This document shows, one piece after another, positions 14,785-27,051 of a stretch of 64,000 nucleotides of DNA. The position numbers and the translations under genes were made by a program. The DNA comes from Lama glama. Its lineage: Eukaryota. The number at the start of each line of letters is the position of its first letter. Position 1 is the stretch's first letter. Under the pieces are notes generated by a model that made no database searches, was not told the origin of the DNA, and saw nothing but the letters and a program-made list of their open reading frames with translations. The stretch lies in assembly GCA_028534125.1 (NCBI GenBank), contig CM052816.1, positions 73,904,001 through 73,968,000 of the forward strand, read 5' to 3'.

Positions 14785-15979
14785 TCACTTTCCCTTCAGA
14801 CAAATTATAGTGATCTGACTTTTAACAATAACAAGCTAACATTTACAGGATGCACACTTGTGCTAGGCACTGGACAAAGAATATCAGAGAGGTCCTTAGC
14901 CAGCGTCACAGCCTAAAGGCAGTAGGTCCCACATCTGAACCTGAGCACCCCAACTGGAGCTTTGCATTATTATGCTTTCCCTCCCCCAATGGATCTACCT
15001 AGTCTGACTTTATAGCTCTCTTATTACCCCAAAATGATCTGCCAGTAACATTATTTTAAAGATTTGCATTCCATTTTCAACTTTTAAAATGACCACTTAA
15101 CAAGCAATTTGATGTCTAAAAGAAAACAGTCTAAGAACCTGTACTGCATTAAAACTGTGTTCATAATTCCTGGAACTGGCAGGTTTCACACACAATTTAG
15201 CAACAGTGAAATCTGAAAGGGGACATAAAATTAAAATGGCCTAAATCCCCTCTTTAAGGACCAGAATATAAAGTACCTTAGAAATTTGCCCAAAAAAATG
15301 CCTTGTGAATCTAGACATACACACAATTTTACTATTTTTCTCTAATAAACAGTATTTTTTTTTAAGTTTACAGTGGATACTTGCCAGAAGGAACTGGTTT
15401 AATTTTAACAAATATGATCTTGGGCCAAATGTCATCAGCATCCAACATCTACCCAATAAAAGCCATTAAGTACAGCACCTTACCTAGTGAAGTCCAAGTA
15501 CTTTAAAGAAAACAGAAAACTACTTACTGATCTCAAATTGCTACAATTGAAAAAACCAGTAAAATCTCAGCCACTGGCAAGAATTAGACACTATATCATC
15601 AACAGAAGCAATTTTGTAAAAGAGGAACCTGAGGTTGAGTACCTACTTCAAGGCCACAAGCAAATGAGAATCAGGACGTGATTTCAGAGCCAAGTCTATA
15701 CCCGGTCCCTCTGCAATAAACACCATTGCACTGCCTTCCAAGACTTGTACCATCCTTCAGCCCTTCCCACAGGAAAAAAATCACCCATGCTGCTTACAAA
15801 GCCGTAGCACCATTTTCAGTATTGGCTTTCATTTATTTACTTTCAGCTGAATGCTTAACCAGGAGCAGGTGACTCTTCATCTGACTAGCAGGTCTTCAGT
15901 AATCCCACAGTCTGTGTCCTAAGACTGGCATCGCTCGATTCATACTAAAAACACTTAAACTTTACCATTACCCCCATCA

Positions 15980-16132
<153 letters not shown>

Positions 16133-16972
16133 TTACTTGATGGACCAAAATATACAGAGATCCCAATATCACCTCCAGATCTGCACACTTTGTTCTTGGC
16201 ACCTCTGCTTCTCCTGGTACTATCTGATTTCTACAGGCAGGAGTAGAATCAATCTAGATACATGGTCCATCTACAGATACTAAGGTTAAAGATTCAGGAT
16301 CCCAGTATATACAAACTGTAAGTCCTCTCAAAAAATATAAGTGTAACTTTAGAACCTGACTCCTCCACATATGTTTTACGTACAGTGAACTCCCAACGTT
16401 AATAAGTAGTATCACCTTACATTTAATAAGCACTGTGTTCTCTCATGATATTTTCTGATAATTTCTGAATCTTTCTGAAGTCAGCCGGGAATTAAACGTT
16501 TGCCATGAAAAACACTGTCATGCACATGAGTTAAAGGCCTATGTTCAGCGAGTAACATGTAGCATTACTCCACATCACAGACAAAATGTGATAGTAACAC
16601 GCTGGGGTGTTTAAAAGGCAGAGTAATACACAAATCAGAGCTCCGCTCTTTTATTGAGGCAAAAGAAACTAAAGCATCAAGCAGTTTCTTTCAACCACAG
16701 CCATAAGGGGGGGTCTATGAAGTCATTTAATCAACCTCTTGCCCACAGTATTGATCTTTGTCTCCTCAGCACTGGGCACAGTCCCTGGCACATCGGAAAG
16801 TGGAAAAAAAAAGTGAGTGAGTGAATAAATGAATGGATACAGTGAAGGAATGCATTTTATAGTGCCTCCTGGCAGGGATTCATCCAACCTCAGCTTAAAC
16901 ACCTTCAGTGACCAGAAACTAACTCCAACCTAAGGTCTATTCTATTACTAGAAAATCCCAATAATTTTATAT

Positions 16973-17000
16973 CACACACACACACACACACACACACACA
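16973..17000 (+). repeat. (CA)14 microsatellite
   Basis: Directly visible. Confidence 0.95.
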
Positions 17001-18667
17001 TGCTTATTACATCAAATCAAAGGGAACCTCCATCTCACTGCTTTCCTAGGTCTGTACTTTGAGAGTCTATCTACTCCCTCTTCCATTTGTGGATTCCTTT
17101 GAGCTAACCTACTATGCAAAGCATCTTTGATTCTTTCAATTGTTCAATGACTGACAGGACTTCTGGACTCACTGCTGTCCTAGTCACCAGTTCCTACCTT
17201 GTCGATGTCCAGCTCAAACTTGAGGCCCCCAAGGCGAACACAACATGCTGGATGTGCTCTAGTCACACAATCACAGCAATAAAGTCACATCCTCAGACCC
17301 TTCACTGATGAAGCCTAAGTCTGCACTAGCATTTACAGCCTCATACAACACTTGTGGTCATTTAAGATGCCCTGTTACTCTTCCCAGAAACTGCTGCGAA
17401 GCCTGGCTGCCCACCCTTAACACAGGCCCTGTTAGGAACAGAGGACCCCTCCCAAAAAGCAGACCGACCTGAAAAGAGCTATAAAATGGCCTTTTACGTT
17501 GGTCAAATAACTGATAGATGCTTTTCTACAACTTTAAAACTGATAATGAAGTATCTGAATTATTAAGGAGCTCGTAACTGGGAAAAAAGACATCAAGTGA
17601 CAACCTATTTTCTTTTTTATCAAATTCCCTTTTATGGAATCTTCCTTCTGGGACCCCTGAATGTTCTTAAATAACCAACTTATGTTTAAAAAAACAAACT
17701 CAGGGCTAAAAGGAAGCAAAACAATTATCTCTAGGCGGTTGTACAACAGATAATCATTTTATTTCTCCTCTTTTTTAAAATGGCCCAAGTTTTCTGAGAC
17801 TGAAAATTTTATGGTGGAAAAAAACTAACTTCATTTAAAATAAATTATTATTTCATGCTTTTATACTGTGATATAATTTACAAATTTCTTATATATTACT
17901 TCATTCTATCCCTAATCATCTTTAATAATCTCTGTCAAGCATTAGAATTTAGAGCAGCTGATTCAAATTCAGTACTGAGTTAAATAAACTGGCCTTTAGA
18001 GCTATATTCCTGTATCTTAAAAAAATGAAGAAAGCATGAACATATGTAAGGGGCTGATGGCATATATTTTGGCATCGGGGTAATACTGACTCTTTGAGAT
18101 GTCCTATGCAATTTGCTCAACTTTTTTAGTAAATAGCTAACTTGCGATTCAAATTCAGGTCTTTCTGCCTCAGAAGTGTGAATTTTTCACTACTATACAA
18201 TATAGGCAGAATAGTCAAGCAATTTAAGAGGTATTTTTGTTCTGTTAACAGCTCAAGTTAACTAGCTGTGTGATGTTCGGTACGTTACTTAACAACTCTC
18301 TCTTTTCCCATGGAATAGTAACCAGCTATTATTACAAGCCCACATCATGCCAAAGGCCATATAAAACTCTGTACAAGAGGTTTGAGAAATACCTATTTAT
18401 CTCTGCTTCATGGGTGAAATAAAGAATTCTAAGAATCCAATTTACAGTGTTCTTTGAGAAAAACTGAGAACTCAGAAAGTTTCAAACAATGCTACAAGCT
18501 ATAAATTTTTTTTAATTTAATTAAATATTTGCATGGAAAAAAGTATGCAAAGTACCTGCAACAATGCAAAACATTTACCAGCACCTCTTAAACGCTGGGG
18601 AAGTAGGCTCTGAAAAATTACTAGGGGTAGGAAGTAGAATTAACTATTAATAATCTAAGATTCTTTT

Positions 18668-18993
18668 TTTTTTTTCTATTGGAGTATAGTCAGTTTACAA
18701 TGTGTCAATTTCTGGTGTACAGCACAATACTTCAGTCATACGTACACATATGTATATTCCTTTTCATATTCTTTTTCATATAGGTTACTATAAGATACTG
18801 AATCTCGTTTCCTGTGCTATACAGTATAAATTTATTGTTTATCTATTTTATATATAGTAGTTAGTATCTGCAAATCTCAAACTCCCAATTTATCCCTTCC
18901 CATCCCCTTCCCCACCCGGTAACCATAAGTTTATTTTCTATGTCTGTGACTCTGTTTCTATTTTGTAAATAACTTCATTTGTGTCTTTTCTTT
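18668..18993 (-). mobile_element. 5'-truncated lineage-specific L1 3' end
   Basis: Poly-T, reverse-complement similarity to 6078-6350, TSD TCTAAGATT(C/G)TTTT at 18654-18667 and 18994-19007. Confidence 0.88.
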
Positions 18994-19849
18994 TCTAAGA
19001 TTGTTTTAAAATAAATTCATCATTTCTTTCCTCAGTGGGCTATCGATAGTTTTATTTTCATGAGAATAAAATTAAGGTCAGTCATTAGATTGCTCCAGAC
19101 TGTTGTCACACAACCTCACCATCTCATAAGGTTTAAATTTTTCGACCACAAATTCTCCTATTATTTTTGGGAATATAACACTTCAACATTTGAATAAAAA
19201 TTTTTTAACGTTCTCAGGAAACAAGATTGTTCTTCTTTTCTTGCTAAACATTGCTTTCCTAATGTTATCTGTACTAAACCAGAGTTTTCGATCACTCCTA
19301 AAAACAAAAGAAATGAGGCAAAATACTGACAATTCATGTTCGCACTCTTCATGTAGTAACACAAGCTATATTTTTACAATAGCCATAAGATAAAACATTT
19401 GAAAAAAAATTTCTCTAGACACCAAAATATATGCTCATTAAATAGGAGTTATTATTACGAAACCTTAAATCTGAATATAAATGGCATTTTAATATTTTCA
19501 TAATAACATAGGCTTTTAAGAATGAATATAAAAAGTAGAAAGAAAATGCATTATACTGAAATAACCAAAATATACTCCTAAGCCTGCAGATTGCCTGAAT
19601 GTAGAAAAAGAAAAGATACGATGAATAAAGGCTCAGAGGTGCTTGATTTTGTGAACAAGCATCACAGTCTTCAGTTCAGGATTTTCACATTTTTCTTCGA
19701 TGGTATGGAGGAATGACAGATCCCTTAAGGTTCATGGGTAATAACAGAAGCAGTAAGAAAAAGAGGAAAACAGACTAAGAAGGTAAAGCTCACTTTTATG
19801 TAAGACACTAAATTTCAAAAAAGAAGAAAGACTGAATTTGTGTAATTCT

Positions 19850-20290
19850 TGCGAAAGGTGAAAAAGAAGACAGCACAAAGCAAAATAAATGCACCTACGA
19901 GAGTGACGTGGACATGTGTCTTTAAAGGCGCACATGACACTAAAGGATTTAAAAATAAGAAAGTAATTTGAACATCAAAATAAATAAGGATAGCAATGGA
20001 TTATAACCCACTGGGAAAAATGGGAATTCATAGGTCAAGACTGATAAAAGATTCGTAAGTCAATAAGGAAAGGAGGGAAGGTGGGGGAGGGGTTGGGAAG
20101 GGAACACTCTCCCCTACAGTCAAAGACCATCAACTGATAAGTGGGGTGGGGTTATAAAACCACCATTTTGCAACCATCATAACAAAGACTGGTTCAGATA
20201 AAAATCATCAGCACATGTTCAATCTGGGGAGTAAAGCTTAATGAGGAGCAGGATTTTGCAAGGTCTTAACAAGAGCCCAACAGAGAAAGG
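19850..20290 (+). mobile_element. Old L1 (L1MC-like) fragment
   Basis: caccattttgcaaccatcata...ggttcagataaaaatcatca motifs recalled from L1MC 3' regions; approximate. Confidence 0.5.
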
Positions 20291-21695
20291 AAAAAAAAAT
20301 TGTAAAGACTTCCCGTGCTTTCTCTGAGAGCTACTTTATTGCAATCGATTAATAATAAGTAGTTGTTGGAAACAGGACATCTATATACTTTGCTCGTGGA
20401 CATTTGGTTAAGTGGGCAGAGCTCATATTTCTTTTTCTCCCCAGCTAACAGTTTCTTAGATTAACAACATTAACAAACCAAATCTTAGTCAAGAACTTAA
20501 ATTGAAACCGTAATTTATTATGTATTTTAATGCACAGTTTGGCATACATGGGTACTGATGATATTTTTAACCTGCTGTTCTTCTAAATATCACATGGAGA
20601 AACTAAAGGCACAAAGACTGTGCCCCAACAAAGGCAGAGATTCTACAATAAAATCTGGGGATCCTGATGTGTCATTATTTCTGAATAATGACAGAACAAA
20701 ATAATTTTCAAAAGAACACATCTTGAAATAAAAAATTTTAGTTTGAAAATATCATTTCATTTTTCAGAGGTTCTGAGTAATAGAGCTAACATGTCAAATT
20801 GCATTATTAATCAGGTGATTTTCATTTAAAGTGAATGCCAATTTGTATTTCAAGTGTGTCCATTTCAAGTCAACATTCCAACTTAACACAGGGTTGTTTT
20901 CCCACATTCACAAAAAGGTACTTGAACTTCTACCACTGACTAGATCCAATGATAAAACTAAATAACCAGATTCAGTTCAGGGAGTTGCAGCTTAAAAGAT
21001 CAGAGAGCACTTGGATACGGTTCAACAGAAACACAAAATACCTAACGACTTAGAAAAGAACACACTCTAAGTGAAAAAAGATCAACTGGCTAGAAAAAAG
21101 GCAAAACGCGATTTCAAGCAGACCAAATAAAACGGAAGCTGACAAAATATTCCTCATTTTCATTAAACAGAAAATTGTCTTCAAATGCAAAAAAAAAAAA
21201 TTCTGTCAACAATTTAGAACAAATGCCCTAGTTAGGGAAAGTTTCTGCCTTCTCTGCTGTGGATCAGGGAGGGTAAGGGTTCATTCATCGGAGCTGATGC
21301 ACCACCAGCTCAGCACAAAATGGATTCAAGGGCATTTCACAAATAAATGCAAAGGATGGTTGGCTGGAAGTGGACATAATCAAGGCAGTTATGGTGGCTG
21401 AGACAGCCCTTCATTTATGGGAGGAGGGGGAAGGATCAAAACCACTAGGAAGAGAGAGCCCAGAATAACTGCAAGACATTGCCCTGCTTCAGTCCTATAC
21501 TACTCATTGCAATGAATTGGTGTTTTTTTGAGATGTTCATAGTAAATCTTGGATACCAAAAATTCCTCCTATTCTCCCAATCCTTCTGAGCACAAACAAT
21601 GTTTCCTGCTTCCCCCAGGTCCCTTTCTCTTCCCAAAAACTGACTGGTGAGACTTCAGAAAAACTGAGTCATTGTGCTACACGGGATTTAAGGTC

Positions 21696-22165
21696 TGTGT
21701 TAGCTTCCTATTGCTGACATAACAAACTGCCACAAATTCAGTAGCTTAAAACAACACAAATTGATTTTCTTATAGTTGCAGAGGTCAGACATCCAAAATC
21801 AGTTTCCCTGTGCTAAAATCAAGGCATTGGCAGGGCTGCATTTCTTTTAGAGGCTCTGTCTCAAGAGGGAAAATCCATCCCTTGCCCTTTCCAGCTTCTG
21901 GAGGCTGCCCTCATTCCTTGGCTTGAGGCTGCATCACTCTGACTTCTGCTTCCATTGTCACATCTCTTTGATTCTGACCCTCCTTCCCCTCTCTTACAAG
22001 GACCCTAGTGATTACATGGGCCCACCCAAATAATTCTGAATCATCTCCCCACCTCCAAATCCTCATTAAATCTACAAAGTGCCTTTTGCCATATAAGGTA
22101 ACACAGTCACAGGTTTGGGGGGTTAGGAGGTGGGTATCTTTGGGGCCATTATTCACCCTACCACA
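21696..22165 (-). mobile_element. MLT1 (C/D-like) MaLR solo LTR
   Basis: TG...CA ends; ccacaaattcagtagcttaaaacaacacaaat, cccttttccagcttctggaggctgccc, ccatataaggtaacacagtcacagg motifs. Confidence 0.85.
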
Positions 22166-23314
22166 AACTTCCTTTCCAGTCCTAAACTTCCATGAACTAG
22201 GGATTCTATTTTAGCTGAAAAAACCAATATACACTTTGTGATTTACTTTTGTGCTTCAATTTTGTATCCCTCCTTGATTCCAATAATTTTTTTTTATTTT
22301 AAGTTTTTATTTGTTTTTAATACTGCCTTTGCTTATCTTTAAATTAATCCATCTGGTCATCATCTTTGTGCTTTAACTGAAGTGTCTTGGACCAAATTAG
22401 AAATTAAAGACCTCTAAATGTATTTGTTATTACTGTAATTTTTGATTAGCTGCAGACTGCATAAAGAAATGTTTCTGTTGAGCTAATTGGAAAAGGTAAA
22501 TAATCATAAAGCTAACCAACATGTTATGCTGAAAATCCCAAAGGACAGATCACTTTGTATCTGTTTGCATAATAATTTATTATACTAAACTTCAAGACTC
22601 TGAAGTGGGAGAAAAACACACACAAGGCTATTTCAAGAGAATGCCAATGTTTTGAGAGAAATGACAGAACACAGTAAGTTTGTAGAAATATGTATGTGCA
22701 TGTTGATGAGTCAATGTGAATTTATAACAATCCTGGCCCATGCCAACTGGCTAATCTTCAAAGCATGGATTAAAGTTAATTATATCAGCTATTGGTTGCC
22801 CATGACCGGCAGTTTCCAGGAACTGATGGCCAAAGCTCATCAGTGTTCCATCATCACATGAAGAATATCCAGAATTCCAAAATGCAAAGCCTACCAGGCT
22901 TTTAGTTCTTCACTCTGAACCACGCAAATTACTGTATACATGCCTAACAAAACAGGATGAGCTGTCCCAAGTCCACAACATAATTCTATGGACAGAGAAT
23001 AACTACTCAAATGAGGTCACAGAAGGATCTTCCAGACTCCTGTAACTCTTTCTGCACCTCCTCCTCACGATGCTCTGCTTCATAACAACTGGTTGATAAC
23101 TGTGCTCTCCAAACTGGGAGCAACTCGAGAACAGGAGCCATGTCTTATTTATCAGTTCCCACCGTACCTGGCACTCTATTATAGCAACTCAAACAAAGGG
23201 AGGGAGGGAGGGAAGGACAGGGTTTCAAGTAACACAGTGTGCCCAGTAAAGTACACTGACTCAAACTTTCTACGTCTCTGTTTAGAGAAAGAATTTAGGG
23301 AAGTAGGAAAGAGT

Positions 23315-23545
23315 AGCAGTTAAAAGCTCTATAGAGTGCCACTGCCCGGGTTCAAAACATTTGGACAATTTACTTCAGTGTCCCTCACTTTCCTCATGTG
23401 TACATGGGATTGATAATAAAGCCTCTTCAGAGGATTATTGTGAGATTTAAGTGAGATAGTTCATGTAAAGAGCTTTTTATACAAAGCACTTTAGACCAAT
23501 GTCTGGCATACATAGCCTTTAAGAAATGTAACCTGCCATTATAAT
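23315..23545 (+). mobile_element. MIR SINE
   Basis: gcccgggttcaaa, ctcactttcctcatgtgta, gaggattattgtgagatttaagtgaga core. Confidence 0.7.
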
Positions 23546-26500
23546 ATTCTATTGAAATACATTTTTATAATATAAATGCTCATCTGTATTTAGTCATTGG
23601 TCATTTATATGAAAATAAACACACACTTTTACATTAAAACAAATGTTGGTTTGATGTCAACATTTTCTGAATTGGTTTTCTAATCTTTACCTTGAAATCC
23701 CAGTAAATATCAACATGATCCAATAAAAGCCAGAAATTCTTTGTACTTGAAACCACATGAAAAAAACTAGAGAAACTGTATAGTCACTATAGACTGAAGC
23801 CAATAAATGTGAACACTGACTCATTGGTCAACTTGGTCGTAACTAGTATTCAAGTTCACATTTACTTTAATAGTGTCAAGTTTCAAAAGGCCACATTTAA
23901 CCCTTCTATAGATACTATTAAGGCCAAAAATTAATGTTTCCTTGACTGACAGATACAACAAATGTTATCAACAAGTCAGGGTAATCTCTTCAATTATCTT
24001 GAAGCAAGAAAAAAAATTTTTTTTTCATTCTTAGTTTCTTTTTTTTCCTCTTTCTTTTTTACTAAGTAGAATTGTTACAGTTCGACTGCACATACATGTT
24101 ATAGTTTGAAGCAAGAAAAATTTAACCACTTTTCGCTATTTTTCTTCTCTCAAACATGAAAGCAATAAAGTCTTTCGTGGGACAGTATATAATAAAAGCT
24201 AAAGCCTCAGCCGCCAGTTAAAAATAGACCCAGGCACAGTTCAAAAAAGGTGGAACAATATACTCCAATGAAACAACCCAATCTTCAGAGACTTTTAAAT
24301 TATCCAAGAAAGAATAAAAACAAATAAAAATGTATAGAAGAGCTACTCATAAACACCACGTGAAATAGGTACAGTTTGGTAAAGGAGCAATTCAAAAAAC
24401 ACCGTATTTTTTAAGCCAGCCTCTTCTATAGTTCATGATGGCATAAATCCCATTCTTAAACTTTTTCACAACCTCCAATTAGATTCCAGGTGTCACATGT
24501 TCTAAAGGGGACACAACGACGTGAATTCTCATGACCGTGGGCCATGCAGACACAATGTCCCGGCCAGGCTGCGTCACCCCAGTTGTTCCTGGACATGTAG
24601 GACTTTTAAAGAGTATAAAACATTCACCACATGGATCCCACTACAACTGTTCAGATAAACTACATTTCCCTTCTTGCATAATGGAAATATCCAGATTGAG
24701 TTTAGCAGTAAAACATGAAGAAGAGCCAAGTATCCCAAGTCAACAGTAAAAGAAAGAAACTACAGGGACTGCTGGGCCCTGTACTAAAATACCGGTGTGT
24801 TTTCTCCATTTTGCAGCCTCCTGCTATTATAAACAGAGGAAAGGATCTCCACATTTTTTTTTTAGGTCTCTTTACAACCTTCAACTATTTGGTGATACGT
24901 TTTGTGTGTCACTGTGCAAAATCTACTTTCATACTCAAGATGTTCAAAGGGTTAATTTCCTTTCTTTCACTGTTTTATATTTTCAAATCAAACTGTATAC
25001 AGAACAATGACAGCATTTTAGAATTTTGCCTTCTCAATACCATCATCACACAATTTTACTAAACATGTTATTCTAAGCTCTTAGGTGGTTGACAAATTAA
25101 CTAAGAAAAAGATATAACAAAGGGAAAATAAAAAGAGTTCATTGTTAAAAGCCTACATATCCTTCCTGTTTTTAATCATAAATATTTATAAATCAATAAA
25201 ACCTTAAGAGTTAAAATAAGATTCTCCAATCAAACTGATTCCTAAAGCAGGACTCCTTTTTTAGAATAACACCAGTTATTTGTACACTCTATTCTGTCAC
25301 AAAACAGGCTGGGAATTTCCTGCAGATGTAACAGAGTCCCTGGTATGGGCTACCTCTTGAAGGACCTTCATATTCAATGTTTGCATGTGGCAGTGCTGCA
25401 TTCTGAGGAGGGTTCGTGGAGGTAATTAAAAGATGTGTTATATATTCAATATTTTCTTAATTAAATTTGCATTTCACCTGTGAAAAATATGAAAGGATTG
25501 GAAAAGAAGTATCTTTGGTTCATCACATTCTGATCAGAACTTCTGATTGACAGCTATAGGTCACTTATTAAAAGCACAAGGAAAAGTTATTTTTTAAAGA
25601 AGTAATTTTAGTAAATTAGAGTAAAACCTTACAAAATATGAAGCAGGGTAAATGTCACACAAATTATCCTTGCTGCTGAAAAGGCTGGGACCAGTCGGGT
25701 GGGGTCAGCCTATCCATCTGAAGAGAAACATGGTAACTTACAAATGGGAAAAAAAAAAAATCTTCCTGATGAAGCAGCTGTAGTCCACAAAAACTGATTA
25801 ACGAGAAAGGCTGTGGAATCAGCTTGTTGGCAAGGCTTCCTACACAGAAGGGTAGACACCCAGCTTTCTGAGATTGTGATCATACTCCTTAGAAGCAGTG
25901 GTTGAGATGACACTCTTACAATTCCGAATGAAAAAAAAATTTTTTTAATTTCCTAGAACTTTCCAACAGCCAGAATTAGAGAACATTGTGTACCTTTCTT
26001 TTTTTGGAAGGCAATTAAGGGCTGAACTCTCATCTGAAATCTGGTGTTCATCCACAGCCTTTCTTCAGGAAAAAATTATGAATGTTGAAGAGCTTATAAA
26101 AATGTCTTAGGGGCAGTGCTTCTAATACAGAATAGAACCTGTTCTATGACTGTGAGTGAGGACATGTGTGACAGAAAGCTACAGTCACATTTTCCATCTG
26201 TACATGTGGCCTGTGACACTTAGGCCACCCAAAAGATGAGAAGTCATCCAAACAGGATCAGGTCAGATGATCTAGTGAAAACATCGATGCAGCCCTCTGT
26301 AGAGCCCTGTCCCAACACCGCCTTTTCCACCCTGACGAAATTATTCCAGATTGTGCCCAAATCTGGCTGTTCCACCACTGAACCAAATCCAGCTAAGCCC
26401 AGAACAGAAACTGTATGACTACTGACAAGGTTTTTGTTTCAAAATAGCCGACAAGACTATGAAAAATGACATTAGAGGAAAAACGAAAATTCTATTTGCC

Positions 26501-26926
26501 TCTAATGTTCTAGAATATTATACGCTAGCATATTGCAGAGATTTAGTAAAAATAATATATACACTATTTCATCTTTCTGTCTGAATAATTTTAATGATGC
26601 TATTGAATGATTCTTGGAACGCAATGGCTAGTGAGCACCATAAAAATGGAAATTATTAGCAAGATACTGAAGAATTTGAACATGAAATGAGAAGAAGGCT
26701 TCTATTTACTTATTCTCTGCCATGTTTACATGAACCTCATTGACAAAAGTCAGCTCAAGAGTTTATTATAACTAATACTAGAACTAGAAGCCAAAAGCCA
26801 CCCTGATGGTCAGAGGCACTGGTTTCCAACAACAGTGAGAGTTTCCCCTTGAACCATGGGGACAATAATTTCCAAAGAATGAGTCCTAGAATGGTATGGC
26901 TGGCAGAGCCTTTTCAAAGCACCTAA

Positions 26927-27051
26927 GGGGAAGTGGAGGGTATAGCTCAGTGGTAGAGCACATGCCTAGCATGCACAAGGTCCTGGGTTCAGTCCCCAGT
27001 ACCTCCATCAATAAAATAAATAAATAAGTAAAACCTAATTACCTCCCCTTG
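26927..27051 (+). mobile_element. tRNA-derived camelid-type SINE (Vic-1-like)
   Basis: A-box tagctcagtgg, B-box ggttcagtcc, A-rich linker; 12-bp TSD CAAAGCACCTAA (26915-26926, 27052-27063). Confidence 0.9.

Noticed and set aside
26927-27007. tRNA-like sequences at 26927, 44489 and 51977
   Set aside because: They have A-rich linkers or tails and TSDs and lack a clean acceptor stem, so they are SINEs rather than tRNA genes.
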